Positions 32,051-41,437 of a stretch of 64,000 nucleotides of DNA are shown one piece after another. The stretch is from Nitrospirota bacterium. Lineage in GTDB: Bacteria > Nitrospirota > UBA9217. Under the pieces are notes generated by a model, which was given only the letters and a program-made list of their open reading frames with translations, made no database searches and had not been told where the DNA came from. Location of the stretch: positions 256,001 to 320,000 of the forward strand of contig CAVTRN010000001.1 in the NCBI GenBank assembly GCA_963737155.1, given 5' to 3'. Positions within the stretch are counted from its first letter, which is position 1. Every line of letters begins with the position of its first letter. A program made the position numbers and the translations under genes.

Positions 32051-32747
32051 AAAAAAAGATGCTTGAGAGTGGCCTTGACCATCGCTGTTCCGTATAATAC
32101 ATACTTCACTTTTCTGAAACCGTTCCTAAACATGGTCATTTATTACCACGTGACAAGTACGGCGGGCCGACCAGTACTGCCGCCGATTAACGTCAGGGGT
32201 TCTCGCCCTGATTAACCTAAGCCTCCGCTAAGATGCCTGAAAAGGGAAACACGCCAGACGCCGTATCGATCTCTTTAAGCATCGGTCGGTGGCCGGGGGG
32301 GTTGCGCAGTTACTCCATGAAAAGATTCTTATTGTGCCGCGCAGCCTGAGGAACCCTGTAAGAGCCGTTTATTGTTACTACAAGGTTTGTGGTCGTGTTC
32401 GCATGCCTTATCATTCCTAGACACTCTGTTCCAGTATCTCCCAACATGCTCTCCCCGATACCTTGCAGGTAGAGGTTCAGCACGAGCGCTTGTCACAGGT
32501 GCCTCCGAATATCCTTGTATTCGTCTCGCGATTGCGAGCGCCGAAGCTTCATGCTAATAGATCCCATAGCGAGACGCATAATTTCCATAATAGTCAACGC
32601 TTAATAGTACAGTAAGCCACCCATTGAAGGGACCGAAAAAAAATATTCCCCCGTCGATTGGGGGTAAAATTATAAAGACAGACAATGCTGGTTCTTTGAG
32701 TCCTGGCTGGAACCATCGGTGTATCGGAAAAGGAGGAGGTTGGACTT

Positions 32748-34094
32748 ATGGCCCTCGATCGCAAACTCACTATGGAAAACAAACTCCAAAAGCAATTATC
32801 AGAATTCCTCGGGCTCAGTCGCGCAGTTGCCCTGTACACCAGTATTCTGATAGTCCTGGTCACGATTTCGGCGGTTTACTGGGTCATTCATCTGGCCCCG
32901 CCCAAAATCATTACCATCACAAGCGGTCCTCATGACAGCATCTTCTACCAGAATGCCGAGAAATACCAGAAAATACTGGCTCGCAGCAGAGTAACATTGA
33001 AAATCCTGCCATCCGAAGGGTCGCTTGAGAACCTGAAAAGGCTGAGTGATCCCTCTTTCCATGTGGACCTCGGCTTTGTTCAAGGCGGGGTTGCAGCAGG
33101 CATGAAGATTGACAACCTCCAGTCGCTCGGCAGTCTCTACTCTTCGCCGATCCTCCTTTTCTACCGAAGCCCTGCTCCTCTTGAGCTGCTTTCTCAATTT
33201 AAGGGCAAAAGACTGGCCATCGGGCCTGTGGGCAGCGGATCGCACGACCTAGCACTATCTCTGCTTGCCGCGAACGGCATCGAACCTGGCGGATCGACCG
33301 TTCTGGAGAACCAGGATGCTGAAGATGCGTCAAAAACCCTGCTTGCGGGAAAAGTTGATGTGGTGTTCCTGATGGGGGAATCAGCGCCGCCGCAGGTAAT
33401 ACGGTCACTTCTGCGGACTCCCGGGATCAGGCTCTACAATTTCGTCCAGGCCGACGCTTATGTGCGGCGCATGGTGTTTTTGAACAAGCTCGACCTTCCC
33501 CGGGGATCGATCGACTTTGGAATGGACATTCCCTCACGAGATGTCAGCCTTGTGGGCCCCACAGTCGAGCTTATTGCCCGGTCAGGCCTCCATCCTGCAC
33601 TCTCCGATTTGCTGCTTGAAGCCGCGCGTGAAGTGCACGGGGCGGCCGGAGTATTCAAACACCAGGGTGAATTTCCGGCGCCATTGGAGCATGAGTTTCG
33701 TCTGAGTGCTGATGCGCTCCGTTTCTATCAATCCGGTAAAAGTTTCCTCTATCGTTCTCTTCCCTTCTGGATAGCGAGCTTGGTAAACCGCATCCTCGTG
33801 GTGGTCGTTCCGATGGTTTTGGTATTGATCCCGGCGTTGAAAAGCATTCCCGCGCTTTACCGCTGGCGGATTCGCCTGAACATTTATCGATGGTACCGAG
33901 CGTTGCTTGACCTTGAACGCGACATGATCGGACTGAAGGCGGGCGGGGGCGGGGTAGAATTGCTTGACAGACTCGACCACATCCAGCAGGCGGTGAACAG
34001 TATGAAAGTGCCCGCGACTTTCGCCGATCAATTCTATGTGCTTCGAGGGAATATCGACTTCGTACGCGGGCGGCTTAAGGAAAAACAAGCTTAA
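32748..34094 (+). CDS. TAXI-family solute-binding protein with N- and C-terminal TM anchors
   Basis: ITSG, SEGSLENL, VDLGFVQGG, GKRLAIGPVGSG; second TM at ~340-365 followed by a cytoplasmic helical tail. Confidence 0.78.
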   Translation: MALDRKLTMENKLQKQLSEFLGLSRAVALYTSILIVLVTISAVYWVIHLAPPKIITITSGPHDSIFYQNAEKYQKILARSRVTLKILPSEGSLENLKRLSDPSFHVDLGFVQGGVAAGMKIDNLQSLGSLYSSPILLFYRSPAPLELLSQFKGKRLAIGPVGSGSHDLALSLLAANGIEPGGSTVLENQDAEDASKTLLAGKVDVVFLMGESAPPQVIRSLLRTPGIRLYNFVQADAYVRRMVFLNKLDLPRGSIDFGMDIPSRDVSLVGPTVELIARSGLHPALSDLLLEAAREVHGAAGVFKHQGEFPAPLEHEFRLSADALRFYQSGKSFLYRSLPFWIASLVNRILVVVVPMVLVLIPALKSIPALYRWRIRLNIYRWYRALLDLERDMIGLKAGGGGVELLDRLDHIQQAVNSMKVPATFADQFYVLRGNIDFVRGRLKEKQA

Positions 34095-34220
34095 GGGCTT
34101 CTCGACGTTATGAAAGGGCGTTTGTTATCTGCATTGTGACTACAGATATACTTTTATGCTCATCCGACATCGTTCCAGCGAACTCGTTAAACCATCATCG
34201 CCGAAAGGAGTCTCATTTAT

Positions 34221-34758
34221 CAAATGGCTCCGTAAAATCCGTGCGTTCAGACGGGGGATATAAAGCGTTGACACGAAGCAATCAGGCGGAAATTTCTTGC
34301 TGTTCGATGTATCGTTTAATGCTATGGAGTGGAGCGCCTCCGCAAGATGCAGCAAAATAGCTAGGAGACCATAAGGCGTCTTTCCAATAATGTTTGCGCA
34401 GATCGTTGTGCGCTCTTTTCATTAATCTTGCAGATACTCCTTTGAGGCTATTTACTATTTTAGCGACCGGCGTTTTAGGTTGATAGTTAATCAGCAGGTG
34501 GACATGATCTCGCTCACCATCTATTCCCACCAGTTCAGCCTCGAAATCCCGGCAAACTTCGGCGAAAATAGTTTTCATGGAGTCGTAATGCTTTTTCTGG
34601 AATATTTGCCGCCGGTATTTGGTGACAAAGACCAAATGCACGTGTAAATTGAATACACAATGCCTGCCGTGTCTAATATCGGTTGACTTTTTCATAGACC
34701 AATGATATCATAGCGCATGATAGTTTGCAAGATCTTTGCGTGCCGGATAAGTGGCTAA
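34221..34758. mobile_element. Truncated IS200/IS605-family element (left end + tnpA + tnpB stub)
   Basis: TTAT target (34217-34220) then CAAATGGCTCCGTAAAATCCGTGCG-TTCA-GACGGGGGATATAAAG subterminal hairpin; intact tnpA; divergent 13-aa stub; no right end seen. Confidence 0.7.
34282..34695 (-). CDS. tnpA: IS200/IS605 Y1 (HUH) transposase TnpA
   Basis: HLVFVTKYRR, DHVHLL (HUH), SLKGVSAR, LWSPSYF, YIEQQ. Confidence 0.95.
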   Translation of the reverse strand: MKKSTDIRHGRHCVFNLHVHLVFVTKYRRQIFQKKHYDSMKTIFAEVCRDFEAELVGIDGERDHVHLLINYQPKTPVAKIVNSLKGVSARLMKRAHNDLRKHYWKDALWSPSYFAASCGGAPLHSIKRYIEQQEISA

Positions 34759-34906
34759 GCCCAAGATTAGCGTGACTCACTTCGTTGAACTACGCGAAAT
34801 GTCGGAAAGAAAGTTGAATGTTTCGCAGACTGCAATGAACAACCCAGCCGATAAGTCAGAGCGATAAAAAGTTTTCCTAATTCGTTCATGACAAAAAGGA
34901 GAAAAC

Positions 34907-35209
34907 ATGAAAAGAACACTTATTGCTGCAGCAATTCTGTCATTCGTGTTTGCACTGTCAGCGTTCGCGGCTGAAGACGGACAGCAGCCGAATGCACCGG
35001 CTGCCACTTTTGCACAAAGACAGGCCCACATTTTAAAAATATTCGACGATCGGATGGCCGCCCTTCAGGCGGCAAAAATCTGCGTGCAAACGGCAACGGA
35101 TGACAACGATCTCAAGGCTTGCAGGAAAAAGTATATGGGCGAGATGAGAGAGCGGCGCGGTGAAACACAGCAGAGTCGTGGCATGACGGGTGGTCCGCAA
35201 GGGCAGTGA
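34907..35209 (+). CDS. Small secreted helical protein with two Cys
   Basis: AAAGGAG RBS, Sec signal ending AFA, C-x12-C pair, Gly/Gln-rich tail. Confidence 0.75.
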   Translation: MKRTLIAAAILSFVFALSAFAAEDGQQPNAPAATFAQRQAHILKIFDDRMAALQAAKICVQTATDDNDLKACRKKYMGEMRERRGETQQSRGMTGGPQGQ

Positions 35210-35297
35210 TTCACGTCGTAATAGCAACCTGTTGAACAGCTGTACCGTTTCGCTTTTTATTTTAGTCTCTATCTTCACCGATAAATGTTGTAAATTT

Positions 35298-35569
35298 TTA
35301 GCACGCCGGCCGGCTTATATTTCCTTTCGCCGTATTTTGCTTATTGCTTCCCGCTGAGTATTGTGCCAGCGCCCGTTTGCGCTCATCTTTGTGGTTTCGT
35401 TCCCGATTGCACTATGGGGGTTGCCGAAATCTTTACTTATCTTCACTCAGGATCAACTTTGCCCGGTTGCCCTTTCGTCCCATGGTTACACCCTTCCTTT
35501 TGGTTTAGATTAACCATATCATGGTATCCCGCCGATAAAGTAAATGTTTTATTTGAAACGTTATACCAG
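35298..35569 (-). pseudogene. Decayed IS630-family left end and transposase N-terminus
   Basis: Terminal-repeat-like CTGGTATAACGTTTCAAA (35552-35569), RBS + ATG at 35483, fragments MGRKGNRAKLILSED*, IVQSGTKPQR*, ALAQYSAG..NISRPA. Confidence 0.5.
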
Positions 35570-35844
35570 GATTCGCGAATCAGGCTTTGTTGCTACTAAG
35601 AGCTACGCCTGATTCTATTCGCGGATGCTGCAGAATTGTCTGTGCGTGGCTGGTTTACGGGTTGTATGGGAACAGCCATTTGTTCCGGAAGACACGTCTT
35701 GATGCGAATTGCACCTTCACAGCGGAATTAACTACAGTTCCGAACAAAGTACAGAATAATCAGACAATACGCCCTTTTATTGCTCACAGAAATATTCATC
35801 TTTTGTCCCGCCGCGACAATGATGGGGGACGTTCAAAAAGAATC

Positions 35845-36951
35845 TTATGAGCGGCACCGGCCCTTGAATGTCCAGTACGAATTCAGAAAATAATTGACGA
35901 GGGTGGCGGGCACGATGCCCACGGCTTGGTGCACTTGCGGAATGCCGCGGGGATTAAGTGCGCTCAGCAGCAGAAAGGTCGTATAGCTCATACCGAGCGC
36001 GGCGAATGAAATAATATTGAATTTAAGACCGCGAATATGAATCTTGTCGTTCATTTCCTGCTTGGAGAACGTCCAGTAATTGTTCAGCAGGAAATTGGTG
36101 ATGATTGAAATTTCTATCGCGATAGGTGATGCGATAAATTTGTTCAACCCTGCGTTCATCAGTATCGTGAAGAAAACCAGGTTCACCGCCACGCCGCTCG
36201 CTCCGACCACCAGGAATTTCAGGAAGGTCTTGCTCCGCTCGAACCGGATCCACCAAGCGTTCAGCATAAATTCGCCGATATCTGAAATCCCCATTTTCGT
36301 GTTTCCTCGTTTCCTGTCCACGAAATGGACCGGGATTTCACTCACCTTCGCGCCATTCACGATCGCCTCATGAAGAAGCGATATTTGGAACGCGTAGCCC
36401 CGAACCCGGAACGCATCGAGATCGATCCGTTTGATAATGTCCGCACGGATCGCGCGAAAACCCGCGGTGCAGTCCCGCACCCGATAGACGCCGGCAACAT
36501 ACCGCGCGAAAACGTTCCCCCACTTGGAGATCATCCTGCGCAGCAGCCCCCAATCTTTAGGAATCCGGCCGCCCGGAACATACCTGCTGCCGATAACAAA
36601 ATCGGCACCCTGGTCGATGGCCTCGATCAGCCGCGGCACATCCTCGGGCTTGTGCGAGAAGTCGGAGTCCATTTCCATAACCACGTCGGCATGCAGCACG
36701 TCGATCGCGTGCTTCATGCCCCTGATATACGCCGCTCCCAGCCCGCACTTTTCCCCGGTCAGCAGGAACACATTGGGCGCCTTGCTGCTTGCGGCTCTGA
36801 CAATATCAGCGGTACCGTCCGGAGAATTGTCATCAACGACCAGAATGCTCATATGATGCGAAATCCTTTTAAATTGCAGCATGAGCGAGTCGATCATGAG
36901 CGATATGTTTTCTTTTTCGTTGTAAGTCGGAAGAATAACTACGATTTTCAT
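35845..36951 (-). CDS. Polyprenol-phosphate glycosyltransferase (GT2, DPM1-like) fused to a GtrA flippase domain
   Basis: PTYNEKENI, VDDNSPDGT, MDSDFSH, GSRY, DCTAGFR; C-terminal KFLVVG..VNL..NFLLNNYWTF; ATGA overlap with the upstream gene. Confidence 0.9.
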   Translation of the reverse strand: MKIVVILPTYNEKENISLMIDSLMLQFKRISHHMSILVVDDNSPDGTADIVRAASSKAPNVFLLTGEKCGLGAAYIRGMKHAIDVLHADVVMEMDSDFSHKPEDVPRLIEAIDQGADFVIGSRYVPGGRIPKDWGLLRRMISKWGNVFARYVAGVYRVRDCTAGFRAIRADIIKRIDLDAFRVRGYAFQISLLHEAIVNGAKVSEIPVHFVDRKRGNTKMGISDIGEFMLNAWWIRFERSKTFLKFLVVGASGVAVNLVFFTILMNAGLNKFIASPIAIEISIITNFLLNNYWTFSKQEMNDKIHIRGLKFNIISFAALGMSYTTFLLLSALNPRGIPQVHQAVGIVPATLVNYFLNSYWTFKGRCRS

Positions 36952-38219
36952 GAAACCCCTGAACGCGGAACGTTTCCCCCGGCTAACGGATTTGCCACGT
37001 CCGTAAACAGCCGGAAAAGCGTGTATGCGGCGAAGAACACAGCAACGAATGGGGGCAACCATATCGGTTCAGCGTGCGGGGCAAGTAACCGCTCGATAAA
37101 CCTGGTAGCGATGAGCAAAATGACCATGCCGACAAGCAGCATGCCTTGCTCCCTCCTTTGTTCAATCAGGAATGCGGAGGCAAGAAAGGCGGCAATTGCG
37201 GGACTAAGCATGGCATAAGTGTTGTTTTCGGTTCTTGGACTGAACAGCATAAGGTACAATGACGCAAGCGTGAAAAGGTAGAGCGCTGCGCGGGAAGGTT
37301 CCAGGCGCCGTTTCATGAACAAACAAAGAAGCAGCGTGGCAATCGCACCGGCAATTCGTATGGCGGTCTGAATGTTCTCCGGCACCTCAGCAATACCAAG
37401 CGCGCGCAACGCGGTGAATGGAGTCGTCCATCCCCAGACTGAGACCCCAACATGCGCGGCAGTGATCATGTTCTGCACGCATGCGATATATTGCTGCACG
37501 ACATAGCTCGGCGCTTGTGTGAGAAAAGGCGCCATCGCCGTCACTCCCATGCCCACGAGCAGCCGCCAACTCATCCTTCGGTCAATCGCCATGACCAGCA
37601 GTACGAGCACCAGGACCAGCGGCTTGATCGCAACGCCGAGCGACAGCCAGAGCGTCGCCCTCCACCAGCGGGCGTGTGCTATGTCCGAAACCGCAAGCAG
37701 CATCAAGCCAGTAATGATCAGCGTAGCCTGTCCGTTGCGCGCGCAGTCCCAGACCAACGGAATAGTCACAAGCGACAACAGAGGGAAAAACTCCCCTGCT
37801 GAGCGCTCTCCCGCGAGCCTGCCTAACCGGTAGAGGCCTGCAGCAAATACGGCGACCATGGTCATCCGCCACAGGATCTCCCCGGCAGTCGTTGGAAAAA
37901 GCGCGTACGGAACGAACAGAACTGCCGCTTGCGGCAGATACACGAAGCCGCCCACGCCTTTGAGATCGTACAGGGGCTGTCCGCTGATCCAACTCAGCGC
38001 ACCGGTCCGGTATGATGGAACGACGGACCGTTTTCCGACAACAGCGACAATCGCAGATACCGCAAGAAACAGAACAATCCATCCTGCCACCGCGATCCGC
38101 ATCGCCTGTTTGTTGCTCACCATCGACATGATTGACTCCGCTTCCGATCGAACCACCACAGGCACATTATCCGGCCGGTTGATCTCCATAAATATATCAG
38201 AATCGCACCATCCTATCAA
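36948..38219 (-). CDS. GT87/DUF2029-like multi-pass glycosyltransferase (start uncertain, possibly 38189 or 38129)
   Basis: FVYLPQAAVLFVPY, RNGQ, IKPL; many TM helices. Confidence 0.75.
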   Translation of the reverse strand: MIGWCDSDIFMEINRPDNVPVVVRSEAESIMSMVSNKQAMRIAVAGWIVLFLAVSAIVAVVGKRSVVPSYRTGALSWISGQPLYDLKGVGGFVYLPQAAVLFVPYALFPTTAGEILWRMTMVAVFAAGLYRLGRLAGERSAGEFFPLLSLVTIPLVWDCARNGQATLIITGLMLLAVSDIAHARWWRATLWLSLGVAIKPLVLVLVLLVMAIDRRMSWRLLVGMGVTAMAPFLTQAPSYVVQQYIACVQNMITAAHVGVSVWGWTTPFTALRALGIAEVPENIQTAIRIAGAIATLLLCLFMKRRLEPSRAALYLFTLASLYLMLFSPRTENNTYAMLSPAIAAFLASAFLIEQRREQGMLLVGMVILLIATRFIERLLAPHAEPIWLPPFVAVFFAAYTLFRLFTDVANPLAGGNVPRSGVS

Positions 38220-38427
38220 ATACTATTTGCGGTAATTGCCGTGTTCAATCTCACAAGGCGCGCCTCCTCAGCACATTTACATTTACGTATGTGCGTTCGC
38301 AGCAATCTGCCAATTGGCGACCAGTTTCGATGTCCGAATTGTCTCATGGGGTAATGATTTTCCTTGTAAATTCTTGTATAATACGATACTTTTAATATTT
38401 AAATACCCTGGTAATTGGCTGGAACCT

Positions 38428-40131
38428 GTGAAGAACAACATTTATTCCGCATCAGCATTGATACTTCTATTTGTGTTCTGGATGACGCCCGGTCTTATCG
38501 GCCGCGAGCCTTGGAAGGCAGACGAACCCCTCAACTTTGGAATCGCTGATGAAATGATGCGGTCCGGTGATTGGATTGTCCCCCGGTTGACCGGTGAAAC
38601 CTTCCTTGAAAAACCTCCCCTCTATTATGCGACCGCCGCGGTATGCGGCAGGCTGTTTTCTCCGCCACTCCAATTGTACGACGCCTGCCGCATTGCCACT
38701 GCTTTTTATATGTTTCTTGCCGTCCTTTTTTTCGCGCTCACGGCGCGGGAGTTATACGGGCCGGAATTCGGGGGCAGTGCCGTATTTCTGCTGATCAGCT
38801 GTGTTGCGCTTCAGGTAGCCGGCCATAAAATAATTCCCGATGTCGGCCTCTTTGCCGGATTTTCCATCGCTATCTACGGTCTCGCGCTCTGCAGAAGAAG
38901 GAAAACATTGGGCGGATTCTGGATTGGAACGGGAACCGGAATAGGATTTCTGACAAAAGGGCTGCTCGCACCGGGCATATTGGGTATTATCGCCGTCCTT
39001 CTTCCCCTGTTTTTCCCCGCGTGGCGACGAAAGGACTACCGTCATTCCCTCTTGGTAGCCTTTGCGGCCGCCCTGCCCTGGCTCACGATCTGGCCTTTTG
39101 CGCTTTTCCACCGGTCTCCCGATTTTTTCATGCAATGGCTCGTACACGAGAACTTCGGACGTTTTTTGGGGAACAACTACGGCGGAACTGTGGGATTCGA
39201 CGAGCACAAACTGAATTCCCACGCTTATTTTTTGACGAGCCTGATCTGGCTTGCATGGCCAGCCGTGCTTCCGGCTGCATGGTCACTCTGGCATTTCCGG
39301 CAGACACGCCGAGACCACCCCGTTTATCAAGTTCCTGTTCTCGTATTCGTGGTGATGCTTGCAACGCTCTGCATATCTGCGACGAGCCGTTCGATCTATG
39401 CCATGCCGATACTGCTGCCGATATCCCTGATTGCGCTCCCGGTAATACCAAAGATCCCGGCTCGCATGACCAGGTTCGGAAATTGGTTCAGCATTCTGTT
39501 CTCCGGCGGCCTCGCACTCGTATTGTGGTTCGGCTGGCTGGCCATGATAACCGGCAGTCCGGCGGTCATCGCGCAAAAGCTGCACTATTTCCTGCCGGAT
39601 TATATCCCTGCAGTAAAAGGGATATTGCTGGTTGCAGCGCTCTGCTACTCCCTTGTGTGGCTATTCATGGTTGTCGCGATTACCCGCGTAGATAAGGATT
39701 TTATCGTAAACTGGACACTCGGCGTACTGCTGATTTGGGGGCTTCTCATGACGCTCTGGCTTCCGGCCCTGAATTCGGGCTCAAGCTACCGCGCTGCCTT
39801 CACGGACCTGAAGAAGTCCTTACCGCAGGAATATTCCTGTATTGCAAGCCGCGGCCTTGGTGAATCGGAGAGGGCCATGCTCAAATACTTTACCGGTCTG
39901 CAAACACTCAGGGTTGAGACAGCCGGATCACCGGGAAATTGCGACCTGCTACTCGAAGAGCAGAGCGGAGACGACGTCAGAAAACCGCAAGCCGGCATGC
40001 AACTCATATGGGAATTCGACCATCCAAGCAGCAGACCCAAGAACATCTTCACCCTTTTCCGGATAAACACCGCAAAAACGTCGAGTAGAGTAAAAGCTTA
40101 CCATGCAACGTCAGATGTGAAGCACAGTTGA
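38428..40131 (+). CDS. ArnT/GT83-like lipid-linked glycosyltransferase
   Basis: PWKADEP, GDWIVPRL.GE.FLEKPPLYY, GFLTKG, ENFGRF; many TM helices. Confidence 0.85.
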   Translation: MKNNIYSASALILLFVFWMTPGLIGREPWKADEPLNFGIADEMMRSGDWIVPRLTGETFLEKPPLYYATAAVCGRLFSPPLQLYDACRIATAFYMFLAVLFFALTARELYGPEFGGSAVFLLISCVALQVAGHKIIPDVGLFAGFSIAIYGLALCRRRKTLGGFWIGTGTGIGFLTKGLLAPGILGIIAVLLPLFFPAWRRKDYRHSLLVAFAAALPWLTIWPFALFHRSPDFFMQWLVHENFGRFLGNNYGGTVGFDEHKLNSHAYFLTSLIWLAWPAVLPAAWSLWHFRQTRRDHPVYQVPVLVFVVMLATLCISATSRSIYAMPILLPISLIALPVIPKIPARMTRFGNWFSILFSGGLALVLWFGWLAMITGSPAVIAQKLHYFLPDYIPAVKGILLVAALCYSLVWLFMVVAITRVDKDFIVNWTLGVLLIWGLLMTLWLPALNSGSSYRAAFTDLKKSLPQEYSCIASRGLGESERAMLKYFTGLQTLRVETAGSPGNCDLLLEEQSGDDVRKPQAGMQLIWEFDHPSSRPKNIFTLFRINTAKTSSRVKAYHATSDVKHS

Positions 40132-40283
40132 ATGATCAATAAAATGCTTTAATTTTTCATCAACCCAATTGCCGATTTAGGATATTTGATTCGCCAACTT
40201 ACCATTCGTTGATAATCCTCCCCCCATGAAGAGCGTGGTACAAGTCCTTTTTCTTTGCATTCTTGATATAATGCACGCCTCAT

Positions 40284-40360
40284 TTTCTCACATCTGCCAA
40301 ATAGGAGCAGGACTGGTCTTGCGTGAATTCAAGCAGTTATATTTTGGCATGCGAACTGCA
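40284..40360 (+). promoter_or_regulatory. sigma54 promoter (40345-40360) with IHF-like site (40327-40339) and palindromic upstream motif (40284-40301)
   Basis: TGGCATGCGAACTGCA (GG-N10-GC); ATTCAAGCAGTTA (one mismatch to WATCAAN4TTR); TTTCTCA-CATC-TGCCAAA. Confidence 0.72.
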
Positions 40361-40399
40361 ATAACACTGGCAAGACTGAACGAAAAGGGGGACACAAAA

Positions 40400-40705
40400 A
40401 TGAATACCACTCTCTCAAGAAAAACAGCATACATCGGGGCAGGCGCAGGGCTGGTGATCTTTGCTCTCTTCGGACTCCTTCCTGGCAGTCTTCTGGGCGG
40501 CGCCGCGGGAATCAAAGTAGCGGGGCTGTTCTTCGGGCTTCCCCTCGATCCAGGCATCTTGTCACGGGCGATCGTGCTCTCTTCCATGCTCGTGGGCGTC
40601 GTGGTCGCGGGGATCACGATCGTTACCGCCACGGCCACCCTGGGATGGCTCGGGGGCAGAGTGCTTGAGGGATCGGCAGAGAAGAAGACCTCGGAAGTTG
40701 CATAA
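40400..40705 (+). CDS. Uncharacterised Gly-rich small membrane protein, subunit A copy 1
   Basis: AAGGGGG RBS; 101 aa, hydrophobic; clear paralog of 62718..63062. Confidence 0.85.
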   Translation: MNTTLSRKTAYIGAGAGLVIFALFGLLPGSLLGGAAGIKVAGLFFGLPLDPGILSRAIVLSSMLVGVVVAGITIVTATATLGWLGGRVLEGSAEKKTSEVA

Positions 40706-40770
40706 CTTAACAATCACAGGTGCGAAGGCACATCAAATTTCTATGGCTGCGGCCAAGAGGAGACACTATC

Positions 40771-41088
40771 ATGAAGAACGAGACGGTAAAATCAGGTATG
40801 AAGATTGGTGCAACAATAGGCGGTTTGGTATTCCTGGTGTTCGGCATCATGCCGGGGTTCTATTTCGGGAGCTACGGGACTCTGATCCTGCTTCAGAAGC
40901 TGATGGGCGGTCCGGTTGAGCCGACGCTCGTCGTCAGGGCGGCGATTGTGATAGGGATCATGGTTGGCATTTCCTGCGCGGCCGCGGTGAGCATTGTGGT
41001 GGGCGGCCTTCTGGGCACGGTGGCCGGACTTGTAGTCTCCACCCCCGAAGCTCTGCGCAACAAGCAGGCTGCTGCCGAAAAGGCGTAA
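40771..41088 (+). CDS. Uncharacterised Gly-rich small membrane protein, subunit B copy 1
   Basis: GAGGAG RBS; 105 aa, hydrophobic; clear paralog of 62414..62728. Confidence 0.85.
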   Translation: MKNETVKSGMKIGATIGGLVFLVFGIMPGFYFGSYGTLILLQKLMGGPVEPTLVVRAAIVIGIMVGISCAAAVSIVVGGLLGTVAGLVVSTPEALRNKQAAAEKA

Positions 41089-41143
41089 GGAAACGCCCGT
41101 CACCAAACGACGGAAAATCTCAAGCTTTTAGAATGCAAATGCC

Positions 41144-41174
41144 AGGGCGGTGAGAAATCACCGCCCTCTGTTGT
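41144..41174 (+). terminator. Hairpin closing the A1-B1 cassette
   Basis: AGGGCGGTGA-GAAA-TCACCGCCCT perfect 10-bp stem; weak U tract. Confidence 0.6.
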
Positions 41175-41437
41175 GGCCGTCTTTAGCAGTATTATCTGAT
41201 TGTGAAATATAGAGGAACACCAAGGGTAAACAAGTTAAGTTTGTTTCTGCCCCACCAGGCTCTCGCTGATCTCGCGCCGGGACCGAAATGGAAACGCTGA
41301 GGGGAATTAACCGATGGCCAGGCAGGAATCCTCCACTCTTTCCTAACCTACGAAGTATTTTCTCTTTCACACTTCATACAGAAATGAATGACATTTTCAT
41401 GCAAGTGCGCTATCATGAGCAGACATACTAAACCATT

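Noticed and set aside
32190-32300. c-di-GMP-I or cobalamin riboswitch (aagcctccg, aaaagggaa)
   Set aside because: Only short word matches; the GGCAAAC/GAAA/ACGCAAAG core and the B12-box were not found.
32310-32588. Minus-strand frame with one in-frame TGA as a selenoprotein
   Set aside because: No redox motif, no evident SECIS hairpin and no recognisable homology.
40400-41088. A/B proteins as ATP synthase c subunits, SMR transporters or type IV pilins
   Set aside because: No membrane-embedded acidic residue, no SMR Glu14 and no prepilin G|FxxxE motif.
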